DNA of 64,000 nucleotides. Source: Acidimicrobiia bacterium (lineage in GTDB: Bacteria > Actinomycetota > Acidimicrobiia > Spongiisociales > ZC4RG35). The stretch is from the NCBI GenBank assembly GCA_965215185.1, contig OZ244034.1:1280001-1344000 (forward strand), given 5' to 3'. This document shows, piece after piece, positions 53,500 to 64,000 of this stretch. Position 1 is the first letter of the stretch. Every line of letters begins with the position of its first letter. The position numbers and the translations under genes were made by a program. The notes under the pieces were generated by a model, which saw only the letters and a list, made by a program, of their open reading frames with translations, ran no database searches and was not told where the DNA came from.

Positions 53500-54101
53500 T
53501 ACCTCTTGGCCTCTTTCACAAACGAACGTATCCGAGCAGGATCTTTCACTCCCAGAGCCGACTCTAGATGAGAAGAAGCGTCGACACCCCAGGGTTGCAG
53601 TTTTTTCACCGCTTGGGCAACATTATGGGTGCCCAGCCCTCCGGCCAAAACCCATCTTCGACCGAAAGAAGGCACCTTGTCATGATCGAAGGTTCGGCCG
53701 GTTCCTCCGTGACGGCGGGAGTCGGCGGTGTCTAAGATGGGAATCTGCGCATCTGGCACATGACCCAAAGACACTTGCTCAACGCCCACCTTGACCGGAC
53801 GGAGAACCATCAGACCGTGCCGAACCGCCGCCTCGGCGGCCTCGGCCTGGTGTTTTCCATGGGGTTGGACTCCCCCCGCGCCGATTCGCTCGGCCAGATC
53901 TATCAGGTCCTGGGGAGTTTGGTCCACCGTCACCAAGAACCCGGGAATCGGAGCGCTTTCAGCCAGGCGCCTTGCCCGATCAGCCGTGATGTAACGCGGC
54001 GTGCCCACCGCCAAAACCAGCCCGAAGGCATCGGCGCCCGCCTCCACCGCCGCCTCCAGATCCGACCTTTCCGAGAGGCCGCACACCTTGACCCAGACCA
54101 T
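53499..54101 (-). CDS. trpF: Phosphoribosylanthranilate isomerase
   Basis: VKVCGL, GGTG..FD, LAGGL...NV, GVDASS..E...G.KD. Confidence 0.94.
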   Translation of the reverse strand: MVWVKVCGLSERSDLEAAVEAGADAFGLVLAVGTPRYITADRARRLAESAPIPGFLVTVDQTPQDLIDLAERIGAGGVQPHGKHQAEAAEAAVRHGLMVLRPVKVGVEQVSLGHVPDAQIPILDTADSRRHGGTGRTFDHDKVPSFGRRWVLAGGLGTHNVAQAVKKLQPWGVDASSHLESALGVKDPARIRSFVKEAKR

Positions 54102-54868
54102 CAGGATGCACTGTCCCTCATTTGGGACACCAGATCCGCAGGACGTGGGGCTTTCACCAACGCCTCCCCCACCAAAATGGCGTCATAGCCCACTTGGGCC
54201 ATCTCCGCCGCCTGGGCAGGGGTGTGGATACCGCTCTCGGCGACTCTGATCGCCGCCTCTGACAACAAGGGCGCCAATTGCCGGGCGGTTCCCAGATCGA
54301 CCGTGAAATCGCGAAGGTCCCGATTGTTGACCCCCACAATCCGGGCGCCGGCCGTAAGCGCCCTTCGCGCCTCCCCGGGATTGTGTACCTCCACCAAAGC
54401 CGCCAGTCCGGCCCGGGCCGTCTCTTCCAGCAGCTGTCCCAGCTGTCGGTCGTCCAGAATCGCCACGATCAGCAGCAGGGCGTCGGCGCCGATGCGAGCC
54501 GACTCCCACACCTGAGCGGGGTCCAGAATGAAATCCTTGCGAAGCACCGGAATCCCCACCGCTTCGGCCACCGTGCTCAGATCATGATTGGATCCTCCGA
54601 AGTGCTCCGGCTCGGTCAGTACCGACACCGCCGCCGCTCCGGCTTGCTCATAGATTCGAGCTTGGCGCACCGGGTCAAGTCCAGCGGCCAGCACTCCCCG
54701 GGAGGGTGACCGTCTCTTGACCTCTCCGATGACTGCCAATCCCGTTGCACCCAAAGCCGTTTCGAAGTCCCGTGGAGACGTCGCAGGCTGGTCGTGGCCT
54801 TCCACATGATCTCGGAGCCCGGCAATCCGCCGACGGGTGGAGGCGAGTATCTCTTCCAGCATCACCAT
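54101..54868 (-). CDS. trpC: Indole-3-glycerol phosphate synthase
   Basis: EVKRRSPSRG, SVLTE, LRKDF, GVNNRDL, AESGI. Confidence 0.96.
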   Translation of the reverse strand: MVMLEEILASTRRRIAGLRDHVEGHDQPATSPRDFETALGATGLAVIGEVKRRSPSRGVLAAGLDPVRQARIYEQAGAAAVSVLTEPEHFGGSNHDLSTVAEAVGIPVLRKDFILDPAQVWESARIGADALLLIVAILDDRQLGQLLEETARAGLAALVEVHNPGEARRALTAGARIVGVNNRDLRDFTVDLGTARQLAPLLSEAAIRVAESGIHTPAQAAEMAQVGYDAILVGEALVKAPRPADLVSQMRDSAS

Positions 54869-54962
54869 GCGATTCTACGAAGCGCCGAAATGACAGACAA
54901 CAGCCCGCCACCGAACAACGGTTAGTAGCGCGGCTAAAGTGCTTGCGGTTGGCGCCGCGCCG

Positions 54963-55120
54963 CTACCTCACGAGGGATGTCGGCCCGGCTGGGCATGGGA
55001 ACCGTCCGGTCAGCAAAGGTCGGGTGGTAGCCAAGGATGCGCCCGAGCCCAGGGTTGACGATCTCGACATTGATGCGGTAGCGGGCCAGGTCGTTGTCCC
55101 ACCACTCCCGGACGCTGGCA
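54963..55120 (-). pseudogene. DUF4166-like C-terminal fragment
   Basis: Manual translation ASVREWWDNDLARYRINVEIVNPGLGRILGYHPTF resembles the DUF4166 C-terminus (from memory). Confidence 0.4.
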
Positions 55121-55318
55121 CGGCCGGTGGGCTACCCGGGAAAACGACAACGAATAGGACCCTCAAGACAGCAATAGTCGCCACTTAAATTGTCATGCCA
55201 CCCTCGACATCTACCCAAGCAGCGTAAGTCGGTGGCGGCATGATGGTCGATTCGGATGGGCGGCCACACCACACCGACATTAGCCCACCGGGCGGCAGAT
55301 CTCGCAAAACAGGACACC

Positions 55319-56104
55319 TTAGAAACCGAAGACCCGCCGGCAGGCTAGGGCGGCCCGATCACTGTCACCACCCTCGGGGACCAACTCGAAAGAGACCAGA
55401 CCGTCGTATCCCTCCGCCTCCAAGACCTTGCGCAGATGCACAAAGCTAATCTCACCAGTGCCGGGCTGTCCACGACCCGGGACGTCGGCCACGTCGAACC
55501 TTCCCATCCAGGGCAACGCTTGCAATAGATTGTCGGTCAACCGCCCTCCCGACAGCTGCTGATGAAAGCAGTCGAATGCCAGCCGCACCGCGGGATGGCC
55601 CACCGCCCGGCAGATGGCCAGGGTAATCCCCACTTCGTCCCAGAAATAGCCGGGGACATACACATTGTTGATGGCCTCCACCGCCAAGGTGATCCCGGTT
55701 CCCTCCACCAGCTTCACTGCTTCTCCCAGCCCATCGACACAAGCCTGGTAGCGGGCATCCCAGGTCAATGGCGGAGGCTTGACGATCACACCGCACGGCC
55801 CGATCCCGTCACTGAATGTGTGAAGCTGCCTGGCCCCCACCCGCTTGGCCACCTCCACGGACGCAGCCAATTCTTCTAGGAGCTGTCCGTGTTGAGCAGG
55901 GTTGGCCAGACCCCCCTGCCGATGCCCGAAAAACCCTCCCAGCGCCACGCCCTCGGCGCGGCAGGTCTCCCCCAACTCGTCTATGTCGACATCTCTCCAA
56001 TCCCACAGATCAACCTGATCGAAACCGTGGGAAGCGGCCTTGCGCACCCGGTCGGGGAAGGAGAGTTCAGTCCACATGAACTGCAGACTGACCGAATACC
56101 TCAT
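55319..56104 (-). CDS. Hydroxypyruvate-isomerase-like (Hyi/AP_endonuc_2) TIM-barrel
   Basis: Start MRYSVSLQFMW; VEAIN, FDCFHQQ, ADVPGRGQPGTGEI, Y.G..SFE. Confidence 0.88.
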   Translation of the reverse strand: MRYSVSLQFMWTELSFPDRVRKAASHGFDQVDLWDWRDVDIDELGETCRAEGVALGGFFGHRQGGLANPAQHGQLLEELAASVEVAKRVGARQLHTFSDGIGPCGVIVKPPPLTWDARYQACVDGLGEAVKLVEGTGITLAVEAINNVYVPGYFWDEVGITLAICRAVGHPAVRLAFDCFHQQLSGGRLTDNLLQALPWMGRFDVADVPGRGQPGTGEISFVHLRKVLEAEGYDGLVSFELVPEGGDSDRAALACRRVFGF

Positions 56105-56886
56105 CACACTCCCCCGACGGTGGCGCCCCCATTCACAAACAGCGTCTGACCGGTGATCATCCGCGCCTGCCGTGACGCCAAAAACAACACCGCTTCGGCG
56201 ATGTCGAGGGGATAGATGGGTTGGGGGAGCATCTGACCTTCCGCCACCAACCGCAGATACTTCTCGCTGATCTCGGCGGTGGTGATCTCGGTGGTGACCA
56301 AACCCGGCCCTACCGCGTTGACGGCGATCCCGAAGGGGCCCATCTCCCGGGCGAGGCTTCGGGTCATCACCGAAACGGCGCCCTTGGAAGCCACATAGTG
56401 CATCAGATGGGACATGCCGAAAGTGATCACGTTGGAGGAGAGGTTGACCACCCGCCCCCCGCCCGAGGCCTTCATGGGCTCCAGCACCTCCCGGCAGAGC
56501 AGGAAGATGGAATCCACGTTCACTTCCATCACCCGCCTCCACTCTGCCAGATCGATCTCCCAGAAGGGCCGACGGGGTATGCCGGCAAACAGGCCGGCAT
56601 TGTTGATCAGAACATCCAGCCGCCCGTTGCGTTCCATCACTTGTGAGACTCCGGCTTTCACTCCGGCTTCATCCGTGATGTCCAGCATCTGGTATTCCAC
56701 CCGGCCTCCACCGGCCCGGATGGCGTCCACCGTTTCCTCAGCCGCAGCGACATCGAAAATCTCCACTACCGCGCCCCGGGATGCCAAGGTTTCAGATATC
56801 TGCCGCCCTATTGCCCGGGCACCCCCGGTAACGATCGCCACCTGCCCGGAAAAACATCCGTTGTCGTTTCCTGTTTGCATCAGCAT
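56104..56886 (-). CDS. Short-chain dehydrogenase/reductase
   Basis: TGGARAIG, NNAG, YVASK, ITGQ.L.V.GG. Confidence 0.94.
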   Translation of the reverse strand: MLMQTGNDNGCFSGQVAIVTGGARAIGRQISETLASRGAVVEIFDVAAAEETVDAIRAGGGRVEYQMLDITDEAGVKAGVSQVMERNGRLDVLINNAGLFAGIPRRPFWEIDLAEWRRVMEVNVDSIFLLCREVLEPMKASGGGRVVNLSSNVITFGMSHLMHYVASKGAVSVMTRSLAREMGPFGIAVNAVGPGLVTTEITTAEISEKYLRLVAEGQMLPQPIYPLDIAEAVLFLASRQARMITGQTLFVNGGATVGGV

Positions 56887-56899
56887 CTTCCTTTCCCAT

Positions 56900-57133
56900 C
56901 TACTCCACGATGGCCAAAACGGCGCCCACCGCCACGGTTTCACCCTCCGCCACCAGCAACCGGGTCACAGTTCCCGACACCGGGGACTCCAAATCCACTT
57001 CCACTTTCTCGGTCTCCACCACTGCGATCACATCCCCCGCTTCTATCTCGTCGCCCACCTCCATCTCCCAGGAGATCAGGGTGCCTTCTTCCATGGTCAG
57101 GCCCCATTTGGGCATCAGGATATTTCTTACCAT
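56900..57133 (-). CDS. Stand-alone lipoyl carrier domain
   Basis: MPKWGLTMEEG..W..GD.I..GD...VETEKV. Confidence 0.9.
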   Translation of the reverse strand: MVRNILMPKWGLTMEEGTLISWEMEVGDEIEAGDVIAVVETEKVEVDLESPVSGTVTRLLVAEGETVAVGAVLAIVE

Positions 57134-57170
57134 GTGGGTACTCTCCTTCCCAAGTTGAGGGCCCTTGCCA

Positions 57171-58172
57171 TCAGACCCGCGGGTGATCGACCTTCCGCCC
57201 CTCCACAGTATTCCTAATGCCCTCTGCAATCCGCTCCGAGTTCGGTATCACGAAACCCTCCAATTCCGGCGCGTAGGGCATGGGCGTATTGGTTCCGCAC
57301 ACCCGGGTCACCGGCGCCCGGAGCAGATGCCACATCTCCCCGGCGGCGATGGCGGCGATCTCAGCGCCCACTCCTCCGCGTCCCGGGGCTTCATGGGCCA
57401 CCACCAACCTCCCCGTCTTGCTTAGCGATGCGGCCAAGAGGTCCCGATCAAAAGGCACCAGCGAGCGAGGATCCAGCACTTCCACAGAGATCCCCTCTTC
57501 TTCCAAACTCTCCGCCGCCTCCAAAGCGGCATAAAGGGTATGAAGATAGGAAACCACCGTTATATCACTGCCTTCCCTGGCCACCCTTCCCACTCCCAAC
57601 GGCAGCGGATCGACCTGATCGGGTACCGGGTCCGACCGACCATAGAGCAGCTTATGCTCGAATACCAGCACCGGATCGGGATCCCGGATGGCGGCCTTCA
57701 TCAAGGCCTTGGCGTCGGAAGCAGTGGAGGGCGCCACCACCTTCAACCCGGGGGTGTGAACGAACCAGGCCTCCAGACTTTGGGAGTGCTGCCCGGCAGT
57801 GGCTCCCGCCGTCCCGGTCACCATCCGCACCGTCAGCGGCACCCCGATCCTGCCCCCGGTCATGTAGGAGGTCTTGGCCGCCTGATTCACCAACATGTCC
57901 ATGGCCAGGGTGACAAAGTCCCCGAACATCACCTCCACCACCGGACGCGCCCCCACCAATGCCGCACCCACTGCGGCGCCCACGATTGCTTCCTCGGAGA
58001 TGGGGGTGTCGTACACCCGGTCGGCCCCGAATCGGCTCCACAAGCCTCTGGTCACTCCGAACACCCCTCCGGCTTCGCCTATGTCCTCGCCGATGAGAAA
58101 AACATTGGGGTCTCTTTCCATCTCCTCGGCCAAGGCTTCCCCGATGGCGGCGCCGTATCGGATTCTTCTCAT
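57171..58172 (-). CDS. TPP-dependent 2-oxoacid/acetoin dehydrogenase E1 beta subunit
   Basis: GEDIG..GG, DTPISE, QHSQS, PGLKV, FEHK. Confidence 0.95.
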   Translation of the reverse strand: MRRIRYGAAIGEALAEEMERDPNVFLIGEDIGEAGGVFGVTRGLWSRFGADRVYDTPISEEAIVGAAVGAALVGARPVVEVMFGDFVTLAMDMLVNQAAKTSYMTGGRIGVPLTVRMVTGTAGATAGQHSQSLEAWFVHTPGLKVVAPSTASDAKALMKAAIRDPDPVLVFEHKLLYGRSDPVPDQVDPLPLGVGRVAREGSDITVVSYLHTLYAALEAAESLEEEGISVEVLDPRSLVPFDRDLLAASLSKTGRLVVAHEAPGRGGVGAEIAAIAAGEMWHLLRAPVTRVCGTNTPMPYAPELEGFVIPNSERIAEGIRNTVEGRKVDHPRV

Positions 58173-59170
58173 CGCAGCGCCCTTCCTTCATGGGTCTGCA
58201 CATACACATCCTCCAGCGCCTCGGTGGGCCGAGGATGGGGACTGTTCCCGGCAAAGCGGGCCGCTTCATCCAGTTGTGCCTCGACTCCCTCCCGCACTTG
58301 TTCCAGTTGCGCGTCGTCCACCCCCTCGCCTCGCAGATGTTCTTCGAAAACCCGCAGGGGATCGCGAGCCATCCACTCCTCCAGTTCTCCGGGTGGCCGG
58401 TAACGGGCCATGTCTCCCTCGTAGTGGCCTCGATGGCGGTAAGTTCTTGCTTCGATCAAAGTCGGACCCTTGCCGGCCCGAGCGCGTTCCACTGCCGCCC
58501 GCGCCGCCGCCCGCATCTCCAGCACGTAGTTTCCCTCCACCACCACCCCCTCCATGGCGTAGGAATCGGCCCGCCGGGCGATTTCGGTGATGGGTTGATG
58601 CTTGTGCTGAGGAGTGAACTCTCCGTAGAAGTTGTTCTCACACACGTACACCACCGGCAGGGACCATAAGGATGCGAGGTTCAAAGATTCGTGAAAGCTT
58701 CCCTCGTTGGTGGCGCCATCCCCAAAAAAGGAAACGGCCACCCGCCCTTGGCCTTCCCGCTTTTTCTGAAGGGCCGCACCGGTGGCGAGGGGAATGCCCC
58801 CGCCCACGATTCCGTTGGCCCCCAAGAATCCCAAAGCGACATCGATCATGTGCAACGAGCCGCCCTTGGCCCGGTTGTATCCGTCCTGGCGCCCGTAGAG
58901 CTCGGCGTACATCCGGGCCGGATCGGCGCCTCGGGCAAGCATGTGACCGTGACCGCGGTGGGTGCTGGTGATCACATCGCCATCCTCAAGGGCGGCGCAT
59001 ACTCCCACCGCCACTGCTTCCTGCCCGATATAAGGATGCAGAAACCCGGGAATGAATCCTTGCTGACGGAGGTGAGCCGCCCTTTCCTCGAACCGGCGGA
59101 TCAGAAACATGGATCGATAGAGTCCGACCAACCCATCCTGGTTCATGCTGGGGCCGGTCATCGCCTTCAT
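58169..59170 (-). CDS. TPP-dependent 2-oxoacid/acetoin dehydrogenase E1 alpha subunit
   Basis: GQEA, THRGHGH, GDGATNEG..HESLN, ENN, TYR..GH; exact start uncertain. Confidence 0.95.
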   Translation of the reverse strand: MKAMTGPSMNQDGLVGLYRSMFLIRRFEERAAHLRQQGFIPGFLHPYIGQEAVAVGVCAALEDGDVITSTHRGHGHMLARGADPARMYAELYGRQDGYNRAKGGSLHMIDVALGFLGANGIVGGGIPLATGAALQKKREGQGRVAVSFFGDGATNEGSFHESLNLASLWSLPVVYVCENNFYGEFTPQHKHQPITEIARRADSYAMEGVVVEGNYVLEMRAAARAAVERARAGKGPTLIEARTYRHRGHYEGDMARYRPPGELEEWMARDPLRVFEEHLRGEGVDDAQLEQVREGVEAQLDEAARFAGNSPHPRPTEALEDVYVQTHEGRALR

Positions 59171-59205
59171 GCTAGGCGGGCTTTTGACTAGCCTCGACGG
59201 CGATG

Positions 59206-60926
59206 TCATGGAAACGGTGGGCAGCGCTGCTAGTGGTCATGGTGTTGTGGGTGTCGGCATGCGCCGACCCGGATCCGGACCCCGCCGAGATGGCCACAGC
59301 CGCTGAGCAGGCCGACACCAGTCCGCCCACCTCCACCCATACCGGCGGCGACTTGGTGCTCGCAGTAGAGCAATGGCCCATTGCATCAATCCGATCACTT
59401 CGTGCGCCAACTCCTCCTGGCTGAGCTGGTCGGTGCTGGCCCACGTGCTGCCCAAGCTCATGGAACTCAATATCGACAACACCTACCGGGCCTCGCCCAC
59501 CCTCGTCGAGGCCCCGACGATCGAAAACGGCGGTATTGTGGTCGCCAACGACGGCGTCTTCACATTGACATACCGACTGAATCCCGACGCCCGGTGGAGC
59601 GACGGGACGCCCATCACCAGCCGCGACGTCTGGTTCACATGGCGCGCGATGCTCGACACCGTAGGCGCTCTGCAAACCGCCGGTTACGACCTTATTCAGA
59701 ACGTGAACACCGATGACCCCCAGACCGCAGTCGTCACCTTCAGCGAACCCTACGGCGCTTGGCGGGAACTCTTCGGAGTGCTGCTGCCGGGCCATGTCCT
59801 GGGCCCCGACACCAACATCGCCGAGCAGTGGAACGACGCTATCACCCTCTCCGGCGGCCCTTGGCTGTCACAGTCCTGGAGCGCCGACCGGCACATTCTG
59901 ATACCCAATCCCAACTACTGGGTCCCCGAACGCCGCCCGCTCGTCGACCGGGTGGTGATGGTGCCCATGGAAAGCACCGAAGCCCAAGTAACCGCCCTCC
60001 AAAGCGGCCAGGTAATGGCCGCCCTGCCACAGCCTTTCCCCGACCTTCAGAACCGATTCACCGCCGACCTCACCTTCGTGCTGGGCGAGGGGACCTTCGT
60101 AGAGGGCTTTTGGATCAACCAGCAGTCCCCCAACCGGCGCTTTGAGATCACCCGCAAACTGCGACAGGCCGTTGCCTACTCCCTCGACCGCCAGCGGATC
60201 GCCGATGCGGCGCTCGGCCCCTTCCTCGACCAGCCCCTGGTGCTCCAATGCGCGGGCTGGAACCCGAGCTTCGGCGATTGGTGCGGCGACGCTTTCTCCC
60301 ACTACATCCAGGACATCGACAAGGTGACAGAATTGCTCGGCGCCGAGGGATGGACCCGACCAGACCCCAACGGGCTGTGGGTCAACTCCGACGGAGAGGG
60401 ACTGATCCTGCAGTTCAACACGGTGGCCGGCAACCAACGCCGAGAGGATGTGCAGGTTCTGGTCGGGGAAATGACCGCGCCGTTCGGGATTGGTTGGGAG
60501 ATCGTTAACTACGACCCTGCCGAACTGTTCCAGGAACGCCTACCGGCCATGGATTTCGGCCCGGTGGCTCTCTACGCCTACGACACGTCACCGGATCCGT
60601 CGGTGGTGAAGCTTTACGCCATCGACGGTATCCCCAAGGAGTCCAACGGTTTCAGCGGCCAAAACTTCCTGGCCTATACCAACCCGGAAGCGAGCGATCT
60701 CGCTTTCGCCATCGATGGGGAGGTGGACAACAACCCCCGCCTGGCGCTGGTCCGTCGGCTCGCTGCCATCCTTGCCGAGGACGTACCCTGGATTCCACTC
60801 TACGTGCTGCCCAACCTGCTGGTCTGGAACTCCACGATGGTGGAGGGCGCGGGCACCTGGGTATCAAGCCCTTATAGCGGCTTCTACGACATCTACGATT
60901 GGAAAGTGATCAGCGCAGGACAGTGA
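59206..60926 (+). CDS. ABC transporter substrate-binding lipoprotein (family 5); one-base frameshift near 59383
   Basis: Lipobox VSAC in ORF 59203; A.WSDG.PITS.DV.FTW, R.AVAY.LDR in ORF 59373; EQWP/CINP junction out of frame. Confidence 0.88.
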
Positions 60927-61001
60927 CAGCACCCGCGTTTGTTTGTCTTTGGCCATGCTCATCAACCACCTGACGCGGTATCCCTCCCCGACCAGGATCT
61001 C

Positions 61002-62006
61002 TTAACCGGTGACATCCGGATCGGAGAGGTGGCTCAGGGCCCCCACCATGGGCAAGGCTCTCACGCGGGCAGGCGCCTCTCCACCCTCCCAGTGGATCCG
61101 CACTTCGTCTCCCGGGTCGGTTCCCCGCTTGATCAGTGACAACCCCACCGGGGCGCCCACCTCCAAAGATTCGGCCACCGAGGTGATCCTGCCCACCACC
61201 TTGTTGTCTTTTCGCACCTCCGCTCCTTCGGGAGGCAGAAGGTTGGTCCTAATCTCCAAACCCCGTAAGGTGCGGTTCACCCTGCCTCGGCTGTCGATTC
61301 GCGCCGCCAATTCCTGACCCAAGAAGCACCCTTTGGTGAAAGAGACCGCGGCTTTGGCAAGTTCTCCGGTTTCCTGCGGGATGGTCCGATGATCCAGATC
61401 CATGTCCATCACCGGCTCTCCGCTCTCCACCCGCACTGCTCGCCAGGCCAGTTCTCCAACGGGTTGAGCATCCCCGACAGCCTCGCCTGTGAAAAAGACC
61501 CGGGGAAGGCCCGCCAGGGCCGACGACGCTCGGATGTCCTCACCGTCTCGCTCCCATCGGTGCTCTCCCAAGGCATCGCTCCATGGATCGGTGGGTCCCA
61601 CCAGCGCGGAGACCGGGCGGGGGTCGAGACTGATCTTGGCCTTGATGCGAATCCGGTAGTAGTCGAGGGTCTCGGCCAACTCCAAGCCCTCTCCCCGGCC
61701 GCAGATAAGTCCCAGTCCCCCCGAGCCTTTCACTACCCACAAGAGGAAACGCACCATCCCTCGGGGTGTGAGAACAAAGGAACGGCCCACCCCCCATTCG
61801 GTAAGAGACTCCACATCGGCGCTGAGCAGTCCCTGCAGGAACGACACCGAGCCGGGACCCTGCACCCACACCACTTCCCAGCGGTCCGCAACCAGGCCGC
61901 ATTCCTTCCGAAGCGCCAGATACTCTCCGGTCACGTTGCCGAAGCTGTCGGGTGGGGCGCTCGACCCAACCGCGGGAACCAGACCCCGCCCGCTTGGATC
62001 ATCCAC
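61002..62006 (-). CDS. YgfZ/GcvT-family folate-binding protein
   Basis: SFLQGLLS.DV, VSFTKGCFLGQE..AR..SRG. Confidence 0.9.
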   Translation of the reverse strand: MDDPSGRGLVPAVGSSAPPDSFGNVTGEYLALRKECGLVADRWEVVWVQGPGSVSFLQGLLSADVESLTEWGVGRSFVLTPRGMVRFLLWVVKGSGGLGLICGRGEGLELAETLDYYRIRIKAKISLDPRPVSALVGPTDPWSDALGEHRWERDGEDIRASSALAGLPRVFFTGEAVGDAQPVGELAWRAVRVESGEPVMDMDLDHRTIPQETGELAKAAVSFTKGCFLGQELAARIDSRGRVNRTLRGLEIRTNLLPPEGAEVRKDNKVVGRITSVAESLEVGAPVGLSLIKRGTDPGDEVRIHWEGGEAPARVRALPMVGALSHLSDPDVTG

Positions 62007-63477
62007 GAGCGGCCATTGCGATGGCGACCAGGGGAGCCGCGGCCTTGTTCATAGTCTCCTCGTACTCGAGACCAGGCAGGCTGTCGGCCACCACCCCCCC
62101 GCCGGCCTGCACCCAGGCCGAACCGTCCGCCACAATCACGGTACGCAGGCAAATGGCGGTATCCATCGTTCCAGAGAAGTCGATATAGCCCACCGCTCCC
62201 GCATAGGGGCCCCGCGCCACCGGCTCCAGTTCGTCAATGATTTCCATGGCGCGCACCTTGGGAGCGCCCGACACCGTCCCATGGGGAAAGGTTGCCCGCA
62301 GCACATCCACCGGACCCACTTCGGGCCTCAGTGTCCCCGAAACCGCCGAGACGATGTGCATGACATGGGAGTAACGCTCCACCACCATCAGGTCGTCCAC
62401 GTTCACGGTCCCGAATTCGCATACCCGGCCCACGTCGTTTCGGGCTAGGTCGACAAGCATGACGTGCTCGGCCCGCTCTTTGGGGTCGGCAAGCATCTCC
62501 TCGGCCAGGGCCGCGTCCTCGGCCGGGTCGGCGCCGCGGGGACGGGTACCGGCAATCGGACGGGAATAGACCTTGCCGTCTCGAACCCGGGTCATCAACT
62601 CCGGAGACGAGCCGATCACCGAGACGCCCGGGGAGCGTAGGAAGAACAGATAAGGTGAGGGGTTGATGAGCCGAAGCGCCCGATAGATGTCAAAGCTGTC
62701 CCCGTCAAAAGGAACGGTGAGCCGTTGGCTGGTAACCACCTGGAAAACGTCTCCGGCCCAGACATATTCCCGGGCTTTCAGCACCGCCGCCTCGTACTCG
62801 GCGCGGGTAAAGGTGGACGTGTAAGGAAGACGGGGCGGCGGCTCGGGAGCGACCGCCTGGAGCTTATAGCGAAAGGGCGCCGCCAGACGGGCCGCGTCTG
62901 CGGTCAACCGGGCGACCCCTTCCCGGTAATCGGCCTCGGGGTCCTCTCCCACGTAGACGTTTCTCATCAAGGTGATGGTCTGGGTAAAACGGTCGATGGC
63001 GGCCAGCCCGCCCACGAACTGCCACAGCATCTCGGGTAGCTGCCGATCATTGGGAGGCTGGGAGGGCAGAGCTTCCACATAACGGACGCAGTCATAACCC
63101 AGATACCCCACCATCCCCGCATAGAGGGGAGGCAGACCGGGCATGTGGGGAATAGAGAACTGCCGGTGTAACTCCTCTAGTACCTCCAGGGGGTTGCCGG
63201 ACGGAAGCTTCAGGTCGGTTCCCGTTACCTGGCATTTGCCCTCCTGGGAGGTGAGAATAAAAGCTGGATCCCATCCCACAAACGACCACCTTGCCCAGCG
63301 CTCCCCTCCCTCGACCGACTCCAAAAGGAACCCGGGATCATCACCGGCCAGCTTCTGGAAGACCGTGAGCGGAGTCTCCCGGTCCCCGATCAGGTTCACC
63401 GCCAGGGGCACCACCCGACACTTGCCGGCCATCTCCAGGTACTCGCCGAGGGAAGGATTGACTGTGAGGTTGTTCAT
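61999..63477 (-). CDS. trpE: Anthranilate synthase component I
   Basis: LLESVEGGE...RWS, NPSPY, PIAGTRPRG, KERAEH.MLVDLARND, GTVSGAPK.RAM. Confidence 0.96.
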   Translation of the reverse strand: MNNLTVNPSLGEYLEMAGKCRVVPLAVNLIGDRETPLTVFQKLAGDDPGFLLESVEGGERWARWSFVGWDPAFILTSQEGKCQVTGTDLKLPSGNPLEVLEELHRQFSIPHMPGLPPLYAGMVGYLGYDCVRYVEALPSQPPNDRQLPEMLWQFVGGLAAIDRFTQTITLMRNVYVGEDPEADYREGVARLTADAARLAAPFRYKLQAVAPEPPPRLPYTSTFTRAEYEAAVLKAREYVWAGDVFQVVTSQRLTVPFDGDSFDIYRALRLINPSPYLFFLRSPGVSVIGSSPELMTRVRDGKVYSRPIAGTRPRGADPAEDAALAEEMLADPKERAEHVMLVDLARNDVGRVCEFGTVNVDDLMVVERYSHVMHIVSAVSGTLRPEVGPVDVLRATFPHGTVSGAPKVRAMEIIDELEPVARGPYAGAVGYIDFSGTMDTAICLRTVIVADGSAWVQAGGGVVADSLPGLEYEETMNKAAAPLVAIAMAARG

Positions 63478-63526
63478 CGGGAGAGAAAGGTTGGGAGGAG
63501 TTTCCCCGTGGGAGCGATTGGAGTGA

Positions 63527-64000
63527 TCAGATTTCTGTCAGGTTACTGAGCAGAGGCAGCGCCGCGAAGAGGTTGGAGACGACTCTTGACAGCCAACTGA
63601 GCCCGTTGAACATCATCAACACGCCAAAGCCAACCATCAGCACCCCCGCCGCGACGATCAGTGGTCGACTGATCTTTCTGACCACCGCCAGGGCGCTGAA
63701 TGCTTTGGAGAGCCCGATGCCCGACAGTACGAAGGGAACACCGATGCCCAGCGAGAAGACGAACAGGAGGAACATCCCCGCCAAAACGGTGTCCTGGGAG
63801 GCGGCGATGGCGAGCACTCCTCCCAGAATGGTGCCGATGCAGGGCGACCAGCCGAACCCGAATGCGGCCCCCAACACTACCGGGCTCAGAAATCCAAAAC
63901 GGGTCGACACCACATGGAACCGGCGCTCCCGGGCGAAGAAGGCGAAGATCCCACGGGTAGAAAAGGACATCCCCACCATCACCACTCCGAACACGGCAAT
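63527..64000 (-). CDS. ccdA: Cytochrome c biogenesis CcdA-like protein (5' end outside the window)
   Basis: G..FGFGWSPCIG..LG, FSLG.G.PF. Confidence 0.88.
   Translation of the reverse strand: MAVFGVVMVGMSFSTRGIFAFFARERRFHVVSTRFGFLSPVVLGAAFGFGWSPCIGTILGGVLAIAASQDTVLAGMFLLFVFSLGIGVPFVLSGIGLSKAFSALAVVRKISRPLIVAAGVLMVGFGVLMMFNGLSWLSRVVSNLFAALPLLSNLTEI

Noticed and set aside
59370-59395. Programmed frameshift in the ABC binding protein
   Set aside because: No slippery motif; similar single-base indels occur throughout the window, so sequencing error is more likely.

Overview
This is high-GC bacterial DNA, most likely from an actinobacterium of the Acidimicrobiia type. That is inferred from the conserved FmdB/SAF/moeA/moaC/glpR/tRNA-Ala(CGC) neighbourhood and the many SLH-like surface proteins. 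There are four blocks. (1) 1-~22.9 kb is an island ending at the tRNA-Ala 3' end with a dead P4-type integrase. It holds mosaic secreted proteins (SLH-like, Ig-like, CAP, PD40/TolB propeller, S8 protease, metalloprotease, FN3, RCC1-like), a duplicated RDD-S8 module, a near-perfect 579-bp x4 tandem repeat, nested IS3/IS110/IS256/ISL3 remnants and a group II intron 3' end. (2) 23-28 kb is core genes (moaC, moeA, plsY, uppP). (3) ~28-47 kb is an accessory/defence-like island downstream of tRNA-Gln/tRNA-Glu. It carries mobile-mystery A/B (Fic), HicBA, AbiEi/AbiEii, DUF433/DUF2442, an LRV repeat protein with hypervariable positions, a RecB-like+RNase H-like nuclease, an enzyme strikingly like the eukaryotic lariat-debranching enzyme Dbr1, and an IS110 derivative that appears to bracket ~1 kb of cargo. 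(4) 47-64 kb is core metabolism (trpE, trpCFBA, an acoAB-like E1/lipoyl/SDR/Hyi cluster, ABC binding protein, YgfZ-like, ccdA). Single-base frameshifts are common, even in a core-type gene, so some pseudogenes may be read errors. The best candidates for new biology are the bacterial Dbr1-like phosphoesterase with its nuclease neighbour and the HTH-fused, possibly cargo-carrying IS110 family.
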